From: a virus
Virus record (IMG/VR): IMGVR_UViG_3300045135_001635
Strand: one strand, 5' to 3'
Length of the DNA: 64,000 nucleotides
How positions within the stretch are numbered: position 1 is the stretch's first letter; the number at the start of each line of letters is the position of its first letter. The notes under the pieces were generated by a model. The model was given only the letters and a program-made list of their open reading frames with translations. It made no database searches and was not told the DNA's origin. A program made the translations under genes and the position numbers. Positions 1-7,944 of this stretch are shown here, in pieces.

Positions 1-148
1 TACCTACCGATAAAGTGTTGTAACAATCAGGAGCAACAAGATATTCAATCTTTAATTGTGTCTCATAGTTTTGATTTTTTAGCGCAAACGTAGCAGATTG
101 ACAATTTTCTATATTTTTTGCTAGCTGCTTTATCTTTTTAATATTCAT
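1..148 (-). CDS. hypothetical protein, runs off the left edge
   Basis: ATG at 146-148 overlaps the TGA of the upstream ORF (ATGA); frame MNIKKIKQLAKN... stays open to the edge. Confidence 0.5.
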   Translation of the reverse strand, partial: MNIKKIKQLAKNIENCQSATFALKNQNYETQLKIEYLVAPDCYNTLSVG

Positions 149-324
149 AACGTATACCCATTTTGTAATTGTTCTTCAATTTGCTCAACGTCCCATTCAC
201 GATTGGGAAATTCATTTTCAAGTTCTTTCATTAACTCGCGGGCTTGTTCAAAATAGGTTGCAGTCCAGGTGTAAACAGACTCAGTTTGCCCTTTGTAAGT
301 TACTAACCAAATGATTGCTTCCAT
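145..324 (-). CDS. small hypothetical protein
   Basis: ORF track 145..378; ATG at 324 (MEAIIW) preceded by GGAG is the likelier start. Confidence 0.55.
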   Translation of the reverse strand: MEAIIWLVTYKGQTESVYTWTATYFEQARELMKELENEFPNREWDVEQIEEQLQNGYTL

Positions 325-325
325 G

Positions 326-445
326 TTAAACTCCAACCACTTCGCCAATGATTTCAATACGAGTAAGTTTCTCACCAACTCTCACGTCTGAAACATGTTG
401 TCTACCGTCACCAGACCTTTGTGTTACTTTAAAATCATTATTCAT
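326..445 (-). CDS. 39-aa hypothetical protein
   Basis: Manual translation MNNDFKVTQRSGDGRQ...GV*; fills the gap between packed genes. Confidence 0.4.
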   Translation of the reverse strand: MNNDFKVTQRSGDGRQHVSDVRVGEKLTRIEIIGEVVGV

Positions 446-707
446 AATATTGGTCAACTCTTTTTTGTACTTCTAAGTTAAACTCTTCAACGTCCCATTC
501 GTCAAACAGAGTTTCTTTCTGCTCTTGAATTTCAATATTCATTTCATTGCAATCATTAATGAAGCATTCATACTTACCGCCACGCCATAGTTCTTCAACA
601 ACACACGCTTCACACGCATCATGTAGGTTATCAAACACACCCACAACATAGGAGTGATCTTCTCTATCACCCCAACGTAATGCTTCAACTACAAATACAT
701 CTTTCAT
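438..707 (-). CDS. hypothetical phage protein
   Basis: Acidic 89-aa ORF in a tightly packed operon, GGAG RBS. Confidence 0.65.
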   Translation of the reverse strand: MKDVFVVEALRWGDREDHSYVVGVFDNLHDACEACVVEELWRGGKYECFINDCNEMNIEIQEQKETLFDEWDVEEFNLEVQKRVDQYYE

Positions 708-712
708 ATTAT

Positions 713-904
713 CTACTCCGTAAGTAATTGAGCAACATTCATATTACCATAATGCTCAGGATTAAATTGCTGAAGCGCATATGCTCGCTCAAATTCTTCG
801 GGGAAGTAAATGATAGCCAAGCCCATTACTTCTTCTCGTGTTAGCCCTACAGCTTGTGTTTTAAACTCTTCAAACACCATCGCAAAATTACTCATTTTAC
901 TCAT
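713..904 (-). CDS. hypothetical protein
   Basis: 63-aa ORF in operon, GAGG RBS. Confidence 0.6.
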   Translation of the reverse strand: MSKMSNFAMVFEEFKTQAVGLTREEVMGLAIIYFPEEFERAYALQQFNPEHYGNMNVAQLLTE

Positions 905-906
905 AA

Positions 907-1344
907 TTAATATTCCTCAACCATAATAGAACCTTCAATGAATTGGTCACTTTCAACTAACTCAAAACCAAGTTCTTCTTCAATGTAAGAACCAAAGTCA
1001 AAATATTCTTCAGTCATAACATCATTATCATAATACGATTCTAATAGATCGTCAACATCTAAATCATCAGAATAGTAATCTTCTGAGACGCCATCCCAAG
1101 TTGAATCGAACTCAAATCCTTCAAAGTCACTAAAGCAAATAGCAGCTTCATAATCTTCGGCTTGGGCTTCGGTTAATATATCAACATCTTCTTGAATCAT
1201 AGGTGTTATTAATACAGTACCTGAACGCCATAATGTATCCCTTGAGATAACTCTACCATCTTCGTGTTCATAGTAGCAAGTTTCAACAAAGGTTTTCTTC
1301 CAACGGTTCGTTACACGATAAGTTTTATTCAATTCAATATTCAT
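907..1344 (-). CDS. acidic hypothetical phage protein
   Basis: 145-aa ORF, AGGAG RBS. Confidence 0.7.
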   Translation of the reverse strand: MNIELNKTYRVTNRWKKTFVETCYYEHEDGRVISRDTLWRSGTVLITPMIQEDVDILTEAQAEDYEAAICFSDFEGFEFDSTWDGVSEDYYSDDLDVDDLLESYYDNDVMTEEYFDFGSYIEEELGFELVESDQFIEGSIMVEEY

Positions 1345-1354
1345 AATATTCTCC

Positions 1355-2302
1355 TTATGCGGTCGCCATTTCGACCGCTAATTCTACAGCACGCTTTTTA
1401 CGACGTTGATTAGAACCGTACCAAGATGATGTCATACGACTATCAGCAGAGCGACCTACTTGGTGATCCGCAATATACGTCACCGAGTTAAATGCTTGCC
1501 ACCAAGTACCTCTACCATACTCCGCTCCTGGCTGAGTTTCTAATACTTCATACGCTTTACGAGCATTTGGCGCTAAGTCATCAACCTTAGTGACTTGTCC
1601 TTGAGCAGGATATATCGTATTGTAGTATTGAATCAACTCATTCATTTTGAATTGCTTACGAGATAAAATCTTAGAAACTTCTTTGAACTTCTCAAACTTC
1701 TCGTTAGCAAGACCAAGAGTGATTTTTACTTGCTCAGGGTCAAACGCACGACGGTGATTAATCTTAGCAGAAGAAACTGCTTTCGTATTCAGCGCCAATG
1801 CTAAGGTATTCATACAAGTAACGCGGATAGGAGTAAAGCGAATGTCAATAGACTTACCATACTCGTGAGGGTTAGAAAATAACATATATGAATCAATCTG
1901 ATCGCCTGGAAGTGCGTCGAACGAGTCTTTAACTTTAGCTAAAGCCCATACCATCTTACCATCTTTCAAAGAACCAGCTGCGTTCATTTCCATATCACCA
2001 GCAAGGCAATACTCATTAAAGAAGTTAAATGCTTCTTCGTTTTGACAAGGATTCCAGTTACCGCCAACTTGAGTCAATATGCTACCGTCAGAAGTACGAA
2101 TAAGCGCTTCTTTACCTGTAGGGATAGATTGGTCATTAAAGTGGGCGAATGTAGGAACCTTTTCGACTTTCCAATCAACGCCAGCTTTCGCCATCATTTG
2201 AGCGGGAGTTAAGTCATTAGATACTTCGACACCGATACCCCAAGGGCAACCGCCAACAGCTGCTGAAGTTTCGATTTGTAAGACGCTACTTGATACAGAC
2301 AT
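1355..2302 (-). CDS. DUF932 / TIGR03299-like phage-plasmid protein
   Basis: PW.G.G, QNEEAFNFF, GSLKDGK.VW.LA, TPIRVTCMNTL and GTWWQAFNSVT motifs; start moved to ATG 2302 after AAGGA. Confidence 0.85.
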   Translation of the reverse strand: MSVSSSVLQIETSAAVGGCPWGIGVEVSNDLTPAQMMAKAGVDWKVEKVPTFAHFNDQSIPTGKEALIRTSDGSILTQVGGNWNPCQNEEAFNFFNEYCLAGDMEMNAAGSLKDGKMVWALAKVKDSFDALPGDQIDSYMLFSNPHEYGKSIDIRFTPIRVTCMNTLALALNTKAVSSAKINHRRAFDPEQVKITLGLANEKFEKFKEVSKILSRKQFKMNELIQYYNTIYPAQGQVTKVDDLAPNARKAYEVLETQPGAEYGRGTWWQAFNSVTYIADHQVGRSADSRMTSSWYGSNQRRKKRAVELAVEMATA

Positions 2303-2332
2303 AATATATTCCTTTTCCAATTCAATATAGTT

Positions 2333-2361
2333 ATTATACTTGTTATTGAAGCAAAAGTAAA
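2333..2361 (-). promoter_or_regulatory. sigma70-type early promoter
   Basis: TTTACT-17nt-TATAAT on the minus strand. Confidence 0.8.
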
Positions 2362-2399
2362 GGAATATTTTAATTTATTTTGAAAACATTTAGAAAGGA

Positions 2400-2521
2400 A
2401 GTCCTCGCAGAAGCAACAGGCGGAAATCGTTGTACTGGGCAAGTGTTTTTGAAAAAATAAAAGCTTGCGTGAACAGCTCTACCTCTTTCATAACGTTGCC
2501 CGTTGCTTCAAGCAAGGAACT
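2400..2521 (-). ncRNA. candidate structured ncRNA downstream of tRNA-Ala
   Basis: Ends pair over about 21 bp (AGTTCCTTGC..GAAGCAACGGGC with GCCTGTTGCTTC.GCGAGGACT); inner hairpin; no credible ORF. Confidence 0.55.
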
Positions 2522-2529
2522 GATTTGTT

Positions 2530-2605
2530 TGGTGGAGATAAACAGGATCGAACTGTTGACCTTCTGCGTGCAAGGCAGACGCTCTCCCAACTGAGCTATA
2601 TCCCC
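2530..2605 (-). tRNA. tRNA-Ala(UGC)
   Basis: GGGGATATAGCTCAGTTGG..TCTGC-CTTGCAC-GCAGA..GTTCGATCC..CCA. Confidence 0.95.
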
Positions 2606-2610
2606 GAATT

Positions 2611-2687
2611 TGGCGGAACGGACGAGACTCGAACTCGCGATCTTCGCAGTGACAGTGCGATATGTTAACCAACTACACCACCGCTCC
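2611..2687 (-). tRNA. tRNA-Asp(GUC)
   Basis: Anticodon arm TCGCA-CTGTCAC-TGCGA, TTCGA T-loop, encoded CCA. Confidence 0.95.
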
Positions 2688-2714
2688 AAATTACTATAGT
2701 ATATATACATTTTG

Positions 2715-2740
2715 AAAAGAGGGGTTTTTACACCCCTCCT
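2715..2740 (-). terminator. intrinsic terminator
   Basis: GAGGGG..CCCCTC stem followed by TTTT. Confidence 0.6.
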
Positions 2741-2749
2741 CTCTCACTA

Positions 2750-2956
2750 CTAAGCATACACCCCAAAATCTTCTACTTCATCCCAATGAGACTCAATAGA
2801 AATAACACTTGGATCGAGTGTTAGTTCTTGGGTAAATTTATAAGCGGAGTGCGGAGACAAAAATGTCTTCACCATCGGCTCAGCCAAGTTATCATCACGA
2901 ACGTATCTTACGATTATAATTTCCATCATAATCTCCTCGTTTTGATAATTGAACAC
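2750..2956 (-). CDS. hypothetical protein
   Basis: 68-aa ORF; likely start at MMEIII after GAGGAG. Confidence 0.55.
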   Translation of the reverse strand: MFNYQNEEIMMEIIIVRYVRDDNLAEPMVKTFLSPHSAYKFTQELTLDPSVISIESHWDEVEDFGVYA

Positions 2957-3026
2957 TCAGGCAAATCAGGGTATGAATATTGTGGAATAAAGAAAAAATA
3001 GTAAATGCCACAATTATTTATACGTT

Positions 3027-4418
3027 TTAATTACAACCTAATTGTTCTCTTGACATTTCATCGTTATTTGTTACACAGTTACCCGAAGGAAGTGAATCAG
3101 GAACGTAACGCATTAGGTTTGGATCGTACAGACCTTCTTCTAAGAACATCACCAAATCGTCAATTTCACGCTCAGTTAAATTCAACGGAACAAAACGGTC
3201 ATCAATATATTCAAGCGGAATATCAGCTTGAGGGATTGCGTTGTTCTTATACTCTACAACTTCACGTACACTCGCAAACGTACCACCGTGACCAAATACT
3301 GTAGTATCTTTTAGATTGTATAATGGTGGAATCTTAAACTTGTAATTATCCCAATCATTTCCAGTAAATCCACCGCGACCCTTTCTTTTCGCTTCGTCTA
3401 CTGTACCATTGATGCCTTCGTTCATATCTAAGTCACCAAACGCAACCGCCATAAACATTTCATCAGCAGTAGCGCCAACAGGTGAACTTAATGCTGGACC
3501 ACTATGACACGCTGAACAACCTGCTTTACCGAAGAATAGTTTAGCGCCATTCACTTCAGCGTGACCCATCGCGTCTCGTTGACCATTCACATATAACTGA
3601 AACGGTGATTGATTCGCTAAGATAGTTCGCTCGTAAGCAGCAATAGATTTAGCAGCAGTTGTTAATAAATCTAACTCACCGATTCTATCAACAAGCTCAC
3701 GGTACTGGTCATATTTGTTGATAGGACTGTCTTCGCTAACGTTTAAGCGGTGAACGCCAAGACCTGCTATAGCTTGTACCTCTAAGCCAGACCACTGTTT
3801 AGCGTTGTGTTGCTTTGGTGTATCTGGGGTAGAAAGTCGTTCTGGATCAACACCCACGTTTACGATACCATCAATCTGATTACCAAACTGACCATTCCAT
3901 AACATCGCTTCTTGGTATGCTGTATTCAAAATAGTTGGTGATGTTGTAGGTTGAGTATCAGAACCTTCGCCGACCATATTCATACGTTGATCACCGAAGC
4001 CAACACCGCCTTCACCGACACCTTGAACAATACCAGACTTAAACCCTGACTGAGCATTATGACAAGAAGCACAAGAGAAAGTATTTTCAAACTCGCTACC
4101 TTGTGTTCCAGCGGTCATACCAGTTTCGTGATATAACAATTTACCAAGCTGAACTTTATCAGCAGTAATAGGGTTAAGAGGGTCTTGAGGGATATTGAAA
4201 TAGTCTGAGCTATCAGGCATACTAAGTGATTCAAATGAACCGCCTTGAGATGTAATGATTAATTCATCAAGCTCAATCAAGTCTCGTTGAAAGTCAGTTA
4301 AGACTGGTGGGGCAGCAACTGGAGCAGGAACGCTCACTACAGGTTCTTCAGTAGTAGCACCACCGCAAGCAGCTAACGTGATTGTTGACATAGCAACGAC
4401 TAACGTTCTAAGTTTCAT
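3027..4418 (-). CDS. di-haem cytochrome c peroxidase / MauG-family lipoprotein
   Basis: Lipobox LAAC, KVQLGKLLY, two CxxCH motifs (CASCH, CSACH), conserved Trp in MLWNGQF, FKIPPLYN. Confidence 0.88.
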   Translation of the reverse strand: MKLRTLVVAMSTITLAACGGATTEEPVVSVPAPVAAPPVLTDFQRDLIELDELIITSQGGSFESLSMPDSSDYFNIPQDPLNPITADKVQLGKLLYHETGMTAGTQGSEFENTFSCASCHNAQSGFKSGIVQGVGEGGVGFGDQRMNMVGEGSDTQPTTSPTILNTAYQEAMLWNGQFGNQIDGIVNVGVDPERLSTPDTPKQHNAKQWSGLEVQAIAGLGVHRLNVSEDSPINKYDQYRELVDRIGELDLLTTAAKSIAAYERTILANQSPFQLYVNGQRDAMGHAEVNGAKLFFGKAGCSACHSGPALSSPVGATADEMFMAVAFGDLDMNEGINGTVDEAKRKGRGGFTGNDWDNYKFKIPPLYNLKDTTVFGHGGTFASVREVVEYKNNAIPQADIPLEYIDDRFVPLNLTEREIDDLVMFLEEGLYDPNLMRYVPDSLPSGNCVTNNDEMSREQLGCN

Positions 4419-4449
4419 ATAATACTCACTTTGTTTATAATAAAAATAT

Positions 4450-4525
4450 TGGCGGATGTAGATGGACTTGAACCACCGACCAATTGATTAACAGTCAACT
4501 GCTCTACCAACTGAGCTATACATCC
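4450..4525 (-). tRNA. tRNA-Asn(GUU)
   Basis: GTTGA-CTGTTAA-TCAAT anticodon arm, GGTTCAAGTCC, CCA. Confidence 0.95.
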
Positions 4526-4530
4526 AAAAA

Positions 4531-4622
4531 TGGCGGAGAGTAGAGGATTCGAACCTCTGGTACGTTTGACCGTACGTCTGATTTCAAGTCAGGTGCATTA
4601 AACCAAGCTCTGCCAACTCTCC
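4531..4622 (-). tRNA. tRNA-Ser(UGA)
   Basis: CTGA-CTTGAAA-TCAG anticodon arm, long variable arm GTACGGTCAAACGTAC, CCA. Confidence 0.95.
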
Positions 4623-4636
4623 AAATCAATAAGACT

Positions 4637-4665
4637 ATTATATAACGATATTATACAAAAGTCAA
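4637..4665 (-). promoter_or_regulatory. sigma70-type promoter for tRNA-Ser/Asn-peroxidase unit
   Basis: TTGACT-17-TATAAT. Confidence 0.8.
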
Positions 4666-4674
4666 CAACTTTTT

Positions 4675-4839
4675 TCAACCTCCGCGACTTGCGCCACGTT
4701 CAACTCGTTTACTACCACCAGCTGTCTTCCCTTTGGCTTTAACTTTAGTCTTTAGTGCTTTCTTTCCGAGTTGTTGATCATTTTCAATTTGTGTTTCATT
4801 TTTCTTTTTTGCCGCAGCAAATAATTCACCGAGTTTCAT
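4675..4839 (-). CDS. 54-aa basic protein
   Basis: Manual translation MKLGELFAAAKKK...VERGASRGG*, AAGGA RBS. Confidence 0.6.
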   Translation of the reverse strand: MKLGELFAAAKKKNETQIENDQQLGKKALKTKVKAKGKTAGGSKRVERGASRGG

Positions 4840-4869
4840 TAAGCTTCCTTATATAAATCCCAAATAAAG

Positions 4870-4947
4870 TGGTACTCCGTACGAGATTCGAACTCGTGTT
4901 ACCGCCGTGAAAGGGCGGTGTCCTCTAGACCCCTAGACGAACGGAGC
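4870..4947 (-). tRNA. tRNA-Glu(UUC)
   Basis: CCGCC-CTTTCAC-GGCGG anticodon arm, GTTCGAATC, CCA. Confidence 0.93.
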
Positions 4948-4965
4948 ATTCTATTATTATTGTTG

Positions 4966-4973
4966 TATTTATA
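4966..4973 (-). promoter_or_regulatory. T4-type late promoter
   Basis: TATAAATA upstream of tRNA-Glu. Confidence 0.6.
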
Positions 4974-4982
4974 CTTGTTAAA

Positions 4983-5222
4983 CTACATTAAATCTTCTAC
5001 TAATATAGCCAATTCACCTCGACATCCATCAACGTATATGACGGTTTCAAAATTGTCTATATATGTATTGTCGGGGTTAATAGTAACTTCTTCAATCGCT
5101 GCTTTTACAGCGTCCGTATACTCTCGGTATACATTGATAATAGTATTGTTATGCGTCAAGACGTAAACAACAGGTTTGCCGAGTTCGGTAGATCCTGGCT
5201 TCGTATTATCATTGAATCGCAT
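4983..5222 (-). CDS. hypothetical protein
   Basis: 79-aa ORF behind a sigma70 promoter. Confidence 0.6.
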   Translation of the reverse strand: MRFNDNTKPGSTELGKPVVYVLTHNNTIINVYREYTDAVKAAIEEVTINPDNTYIDNFETVIYVDGCRGELAILVEDLM

Positions 5223-5248
5223 TACTATCTTCCCCTTTGGTTAGATAT

Positions 5249-5277
5249 ATTATATACTAAAAACAGAAAAAAGTCAA
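5249..5277 (-). promoter_or_regulatory. sigma70-type early promoter
   Basis: TTGACT-17-TATAAT. Confidence 0.8.
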
Positions 5278-5278
5278 G

Positions 5279-5458
5279 TTACATTTCATTTTTCTTTTCT
5301 TGGATTTCAGCACGACGTTCTTTAGCTAATTTACCAAGTTCACCCAATGCTTTACGAGCACGTGTTGCCGAAGCTTTAACACCCTTCTCTTCGAACTTCT
5401 CGTTCTCAGCTAAGTACTCTTCAAACATTTCTTGGATCTTTACGTGTATATCACTCAT
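5279..5458 (-). CDS. histone H1-like Hc1-family protein (59 aa)
   Basis: Manual translation ...EKFEEKGVKASATRARKALGELGKLAKERRAEIQEKKN; below the ORF-track cutoff. Confidence 0.8.
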   Translation of the reverse strand: MSDIHVKIQEMFEEYLAENEKFEEKGVKASATRARKALGELGKLAKERRAEIQEKKNEM

Positions 5459-5468
5459 TGATTTTTCC

Positions 5469-5789
5469 TTATTTTAAATCATCTGCTTCTTTTACAAATA
5501 CGCCGTCAACCATACGACCACGGCGGTCTTTTATATCGTCATAAGCTACCGAAAGACACTCGGTTAACGTCACTCCATTGCGCTCAGCAATGTTAATCAG
5601 TACTACCATAATGTCTCCGATGTCATCACGAATATCTTTACCTTTACATATATTATCGCTAAGTTCGCCACATTCCTGAATCAATTTAGCGAACTGAGTT
5701 TTATCGTCAGCGCCATCAATTAAGTTACGGTCGTGGTGCCATTGTACCGTATTCACGATAAGTGTAAGTAAATCTTGTGATTCTTTCAT
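5469..5789 (-). CDS. MazG-like nucleotide pyrophosphohydrolase
   Basis: KLIQECGEL..DDIGDIMVVL..AYDDIKDRRG.MVDGVFVKE. Confidence 0.85.
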   Translation of the reverse strand: MKESQDLLTLIVNTVQWHHDRNLIDGADDKTQFAKLIQECGELSDNICKGKDIRDDIGDIMVVLINIAERNGVTLTECLSVAYDDIKDRRGRMVDGVFVKEADDLK

Positions 5790-5971
5790 TAGTATCCTCC
5801 TTTGTTAAACCAACCATTGCCTTTCAGCTGAAATCCTGATGTTTGTGTGATAATTTTTTCAAGCGATTCTTTCTCACATTCAGGGCAATCTTTTAATCTA
5901 TCATCGCTCATCTTCTGCATCACATCAAACTGATGATCGCATTCTTTACATTTGTACGTATAGGTAGGCAT
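5789..5971 (-). CDS. FmdB-family zinc-ribbon protein
   Basis: MPTYTYKCKEC..CPEC..FQLKGNGWF. Confidence 0.9.
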   Translation of the reverse strand: MPTYTYKCKECDHQFDVMQKMSDDRLKDCPECEKESLEKIITQTSGFQLKGNGWFNKGGY

Positions 5972-6303
5972 TACTTCATATCCATAGAGATGGCACGGTT
6001 CAAAACTCTGAGAAGATATTCAATTTCTTCTTTATTTCTCGCACCTTTTGTTTCATATTTTTGTTGTAATGCTTCTACAACAAACTTCCATTCACGCTTA
6101 TATAGACCTACACTATCTTTTTTCTCGGAAGCGTACTTTACTTCGTCTAATACCATTTCTTTTACCGACGAGCGTGTACGGAAGCGAGAGACGATACTCT
6201 GAACCAGCTTCAGTTGCTTTGGCTCTAACTCTTTCCAAAATACAGGATCACAGTTAGTATTCAGTGAATGGATCTCGCAAATATCTTCAAAATCATCTTT
6301 CAT
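5971..6303 (-). CDS. hypothetical protein
   Basis: 110-aa ORF with TAATG overlaps on both sides. Confidence 0.65.
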   Translation of the reverse strand: MKDDFEDICEIHSLNTNCDPVFWKELEPKQLKLVQSIVSRFRTRSSVKEMVLDEVKYASEKKDSVGLYKREWKFVVEALQQKYETKGARNKEEIEYLLRVLNRAISMDMK

Positions 6304-6788
6304 TATCTTTCCTCAACATAAAATATATGATCGCCGATGCTACCAACTAAATGCATGTCACGGTTCCAGAACGGATTGACATAGTTAGTGTGGTAATGTG
6401 TAGCACCTTCGGTAATACCTCTAAATTTGTCGTAGTGCATAATTGATATCGCTACCTCTACTGACTGTTGCCATGAGTTTGTTTCGGTCGGCTCATCGCT
6501 CTTACCGTCACAGTACCAAGAGAATTGGCACTTATTGCGAACAGGATTACCTTCCCAAGTCTGCGCTTGATGTACAACACCGCATATGGTGTCAGGGTAA
6601 CGCTTTGATTCAACTCGATTAAGGACAACGTCAGCTACCGCATACTGACCAGCAAGACTTTCCGAACGTGCTTCGTGGTAGATGTTCGTTGCGAGACATC
6701 TTTCTTGCGCATACTTGTCGTCTGTTTTAATCGCATCTGCTTGAGATGTGAATGGCAATATCAGTAAAGGTAGCAATTTCTTCATCAA
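6303..6788 (-). CDS. SleB-like cell wall hydrolase (Hydrolase_2)
   Basis: Signal peptide, CLA.NIYHEARSE, VLNRV, CQFSWYCDGK, GATHYH, IGDHIFY. Confidence 0.92.
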   Translation of the reverse strand: MMKKLLPLLILPFTSQADAIKTDDKYAQERCLATNIYHEARSESLAGQYAVADVVLNRVESKRYPDTICGVVHQAQTWEGNPVRNKCQFSWYCDGKSDEPTETNSWQQSVEVAISIMHYDKFRGITEGATHYHTNYVNPFWNRDMHLVGSIGDHIFYVEER

Positions 6789-6890
6789 TTAGTCCTTCTT
6801 ATTTTGTTCGCGCATAATAGCGTCAAACATCTTGCGTAAACGTAAAACTTTCATTACTTCAGGGTTAAATTGAATATCTACATTTTTCAT
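6789..6890 (-). CDS. 33-aa hypothetical protein
   Basis: Manual translation MKNVDIQFNPEV...; overlaps the upstream stop. Confidence 0.45.
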   Translation of the reverse strand: MKNVDIQFNPEVMKVLRLRKMFDAIMREQNKKD

Positions 6891-7084
6891 TATTTTTTTC
6901 CTCTGTTTAAAAATCTTCGGTCTTTCCAGTGAACATAAAAGTGTATTGAATCTCTCAAAATTAATAACATCGAAACAATACTCATAATTACAATAAACGG
7001 ATCAGCCACACCTTGCTCAATTCTTTGATTGAATGCCGTCATTATAAATGAAGTTGCGATAACATACAAGATAATTGTTTTCAT
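6890..7084 (-). CDS. small two-TM membrane protein
   Basis: Two hydrophobic segments, basic tail. Confidence 0.6.
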   Translation of the reverse strand: MKTIILYVIATSFIMTAFNQRIEQGVADPFIVIMSIVSMLLILRDSIHFYVHWKDRRFLNRGKK

Positions 7085-7114
7085 TATAATTCCTTAACTC
7101 GATTCAATAAACAT

Positions 7115-7143
7115 ATTATACTTGTTTTGATTACAGAAGTAAA
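7115..7143 (-). promoter_or_regulatory. sigma70-type early promoter (repeat copy)
   Basis: TTTACT-17-TATAAT, near-identical to 7533-7561. Confidence 0.8.
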
Positions 7144-7150
7144 CAATTTT

Positions 7151-7285
7151 TTAATGATTTTCATGAATTTTTTTCATTAGGTCATCATAGTTCTTTGACA
7201 TAAAGTACTGACCTGTTTCTTCGTTGTACGCTACCCAACGACCATTCTCAAAGATATCCCATTGGGCTTTCATTACATTATCCAT
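7151..7285 (-). CDS. 44-aa hypothetical protein
   Basis: Manual translation MDNVMKAQWDIFENGRW..., AGGAG RBS. Confidence 0.55.
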   Translation of the reverse strand: MDNVMKAQWDIFENGRWVAYNEETGQYFMSKNYDDLMKKIHENH

Positions 7286-7294
7286 AATAACTCC

Positions 7295-7501
7295 TTAAAC
7301 TAAATTGTAACCGATAGGACTGCCGTTCACGCTACGCTCTCCTGGCTGTCTGATGTTTTTCATTTGGACAACAACTTCTAATTCGCTATTCATTAAGTGA
7401 ACTTCTTGACCAACAACTTCAGCAACAGTGAATTCTTGGATAGGGTACATAGCACCATAGTTAGCAACAACATTTTGACCAGCTTTAATAACATTTTTCA
7501 T
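7295..7501 (-). CDS. hypothetical early protein
   Basis: Start moved to ATG 7501 (MKNVIKAG), downstream of the promoter. Confidence 0.65.
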   Translation of the reverse strand: MKNVIKAGQNVVANYGAMYPIQEFTVAEVVGQEVHLMNSELEVVVQMKNIRQPGERSVNGSPIGYNLV

Positions 7502-7532
7502 AATAAACTCTCTTTTCCAATTCAATATAAGT

Positions 7533-7561
7533 ATTATACTTGTTTTGATAACAGAAGTAAA
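7533..7561 (-). promoter_or_regulatory. sigma70-type early promoter (repeat copy)
   Basis: TTTACT-17-TATAAT. Confidence 0.8.
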
Positions 7562-7581
7562 CACTTAATTCAGAAAAAAGT

Positions 7582-7605
7582 AAAAAAAATCACCCGAAGG
7601 TGATT
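7582..7605 (-). terminator. intrinsic terminator, UUCG loop
   Basis: AATCACC-TTCG-GGTGATT followed by T-tract. Confidence 0.85.
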
Positions 7606-7753
7606 AGCGTTGTTTGAGTTGTTCGGTCAAGATCTTCCTTAACCGTCTATAGTCTCGAGTCATACTTTTAGCGCATAGTCCGGACTCGTCTTCAAGGATG
7701 TACCACGTTGTTTTCTTTCCAGCAACAGTTTCAGTTTCGGTTCTTTTTTTCAT
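7604..7753 (-). CDS. 49-aa hypothetical protein
   Basis: Manual translation MKKRTETETVAGKKTTWY..., AAGGAG RBS. Confidence 0.55.
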   Translation of the reverse strand: MKKRTETETVAGKKTTWYILEDESGLCAKSMTRDYRRLRKILTEQLKQR

Positions 7754-7772
7754 AGCTGTATCTCCTTCAAAG

Positions 7773-7793
7773 AAAATCCCACCGAAGTGGGAT
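7773..7793 (-). terminator. UUCG hairpin / terminator
   Basis: ATCCCAC-TTCG-GTGGGAT-TTT. Confidence 0.75.
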
Positions 7794-7800
7794 AATTATA

Positions 7801-7944
7801 TTAGACTTTTTCTAAGTACTGTAACAACTTAGTAAGACGTTTTTGTTTCGCCTTAGTGAGACGAGGTTTACCGTGCTTTACTCTTGCGCCATACTTTAGC
7901 ATAAGAGAGCGAACTTCGTTTTCTAGGTTTTCTTTATATGTCAT
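7801..7944 (-). CDS. 47-aa basic hypothetical protein
   Basis: Manual translation MTYKENLENEVRSLMLKYGARVKHGKPRL..., GGAG RBS. Confidence 0.55.
   Translation of the reverse strand: MTYKENLENEVRSLMLKYGARVKHGKPRLTKAKQKRLTKLLQYLEKV

Noticed and set aside
2209-2710. ORFs 2209..2442, 2390..2710 and 2465..2668
   Set aside because: They overlap the tRNAs, the promoter and the candidate ncRNA; no RBS or protein motif
2530-4947. tRNA cluster as host DNA or a prophage attachment site
   Set aside because: No integrase; the tRNAs sit under phage-type promoters among phage-like ORFs on the same strand
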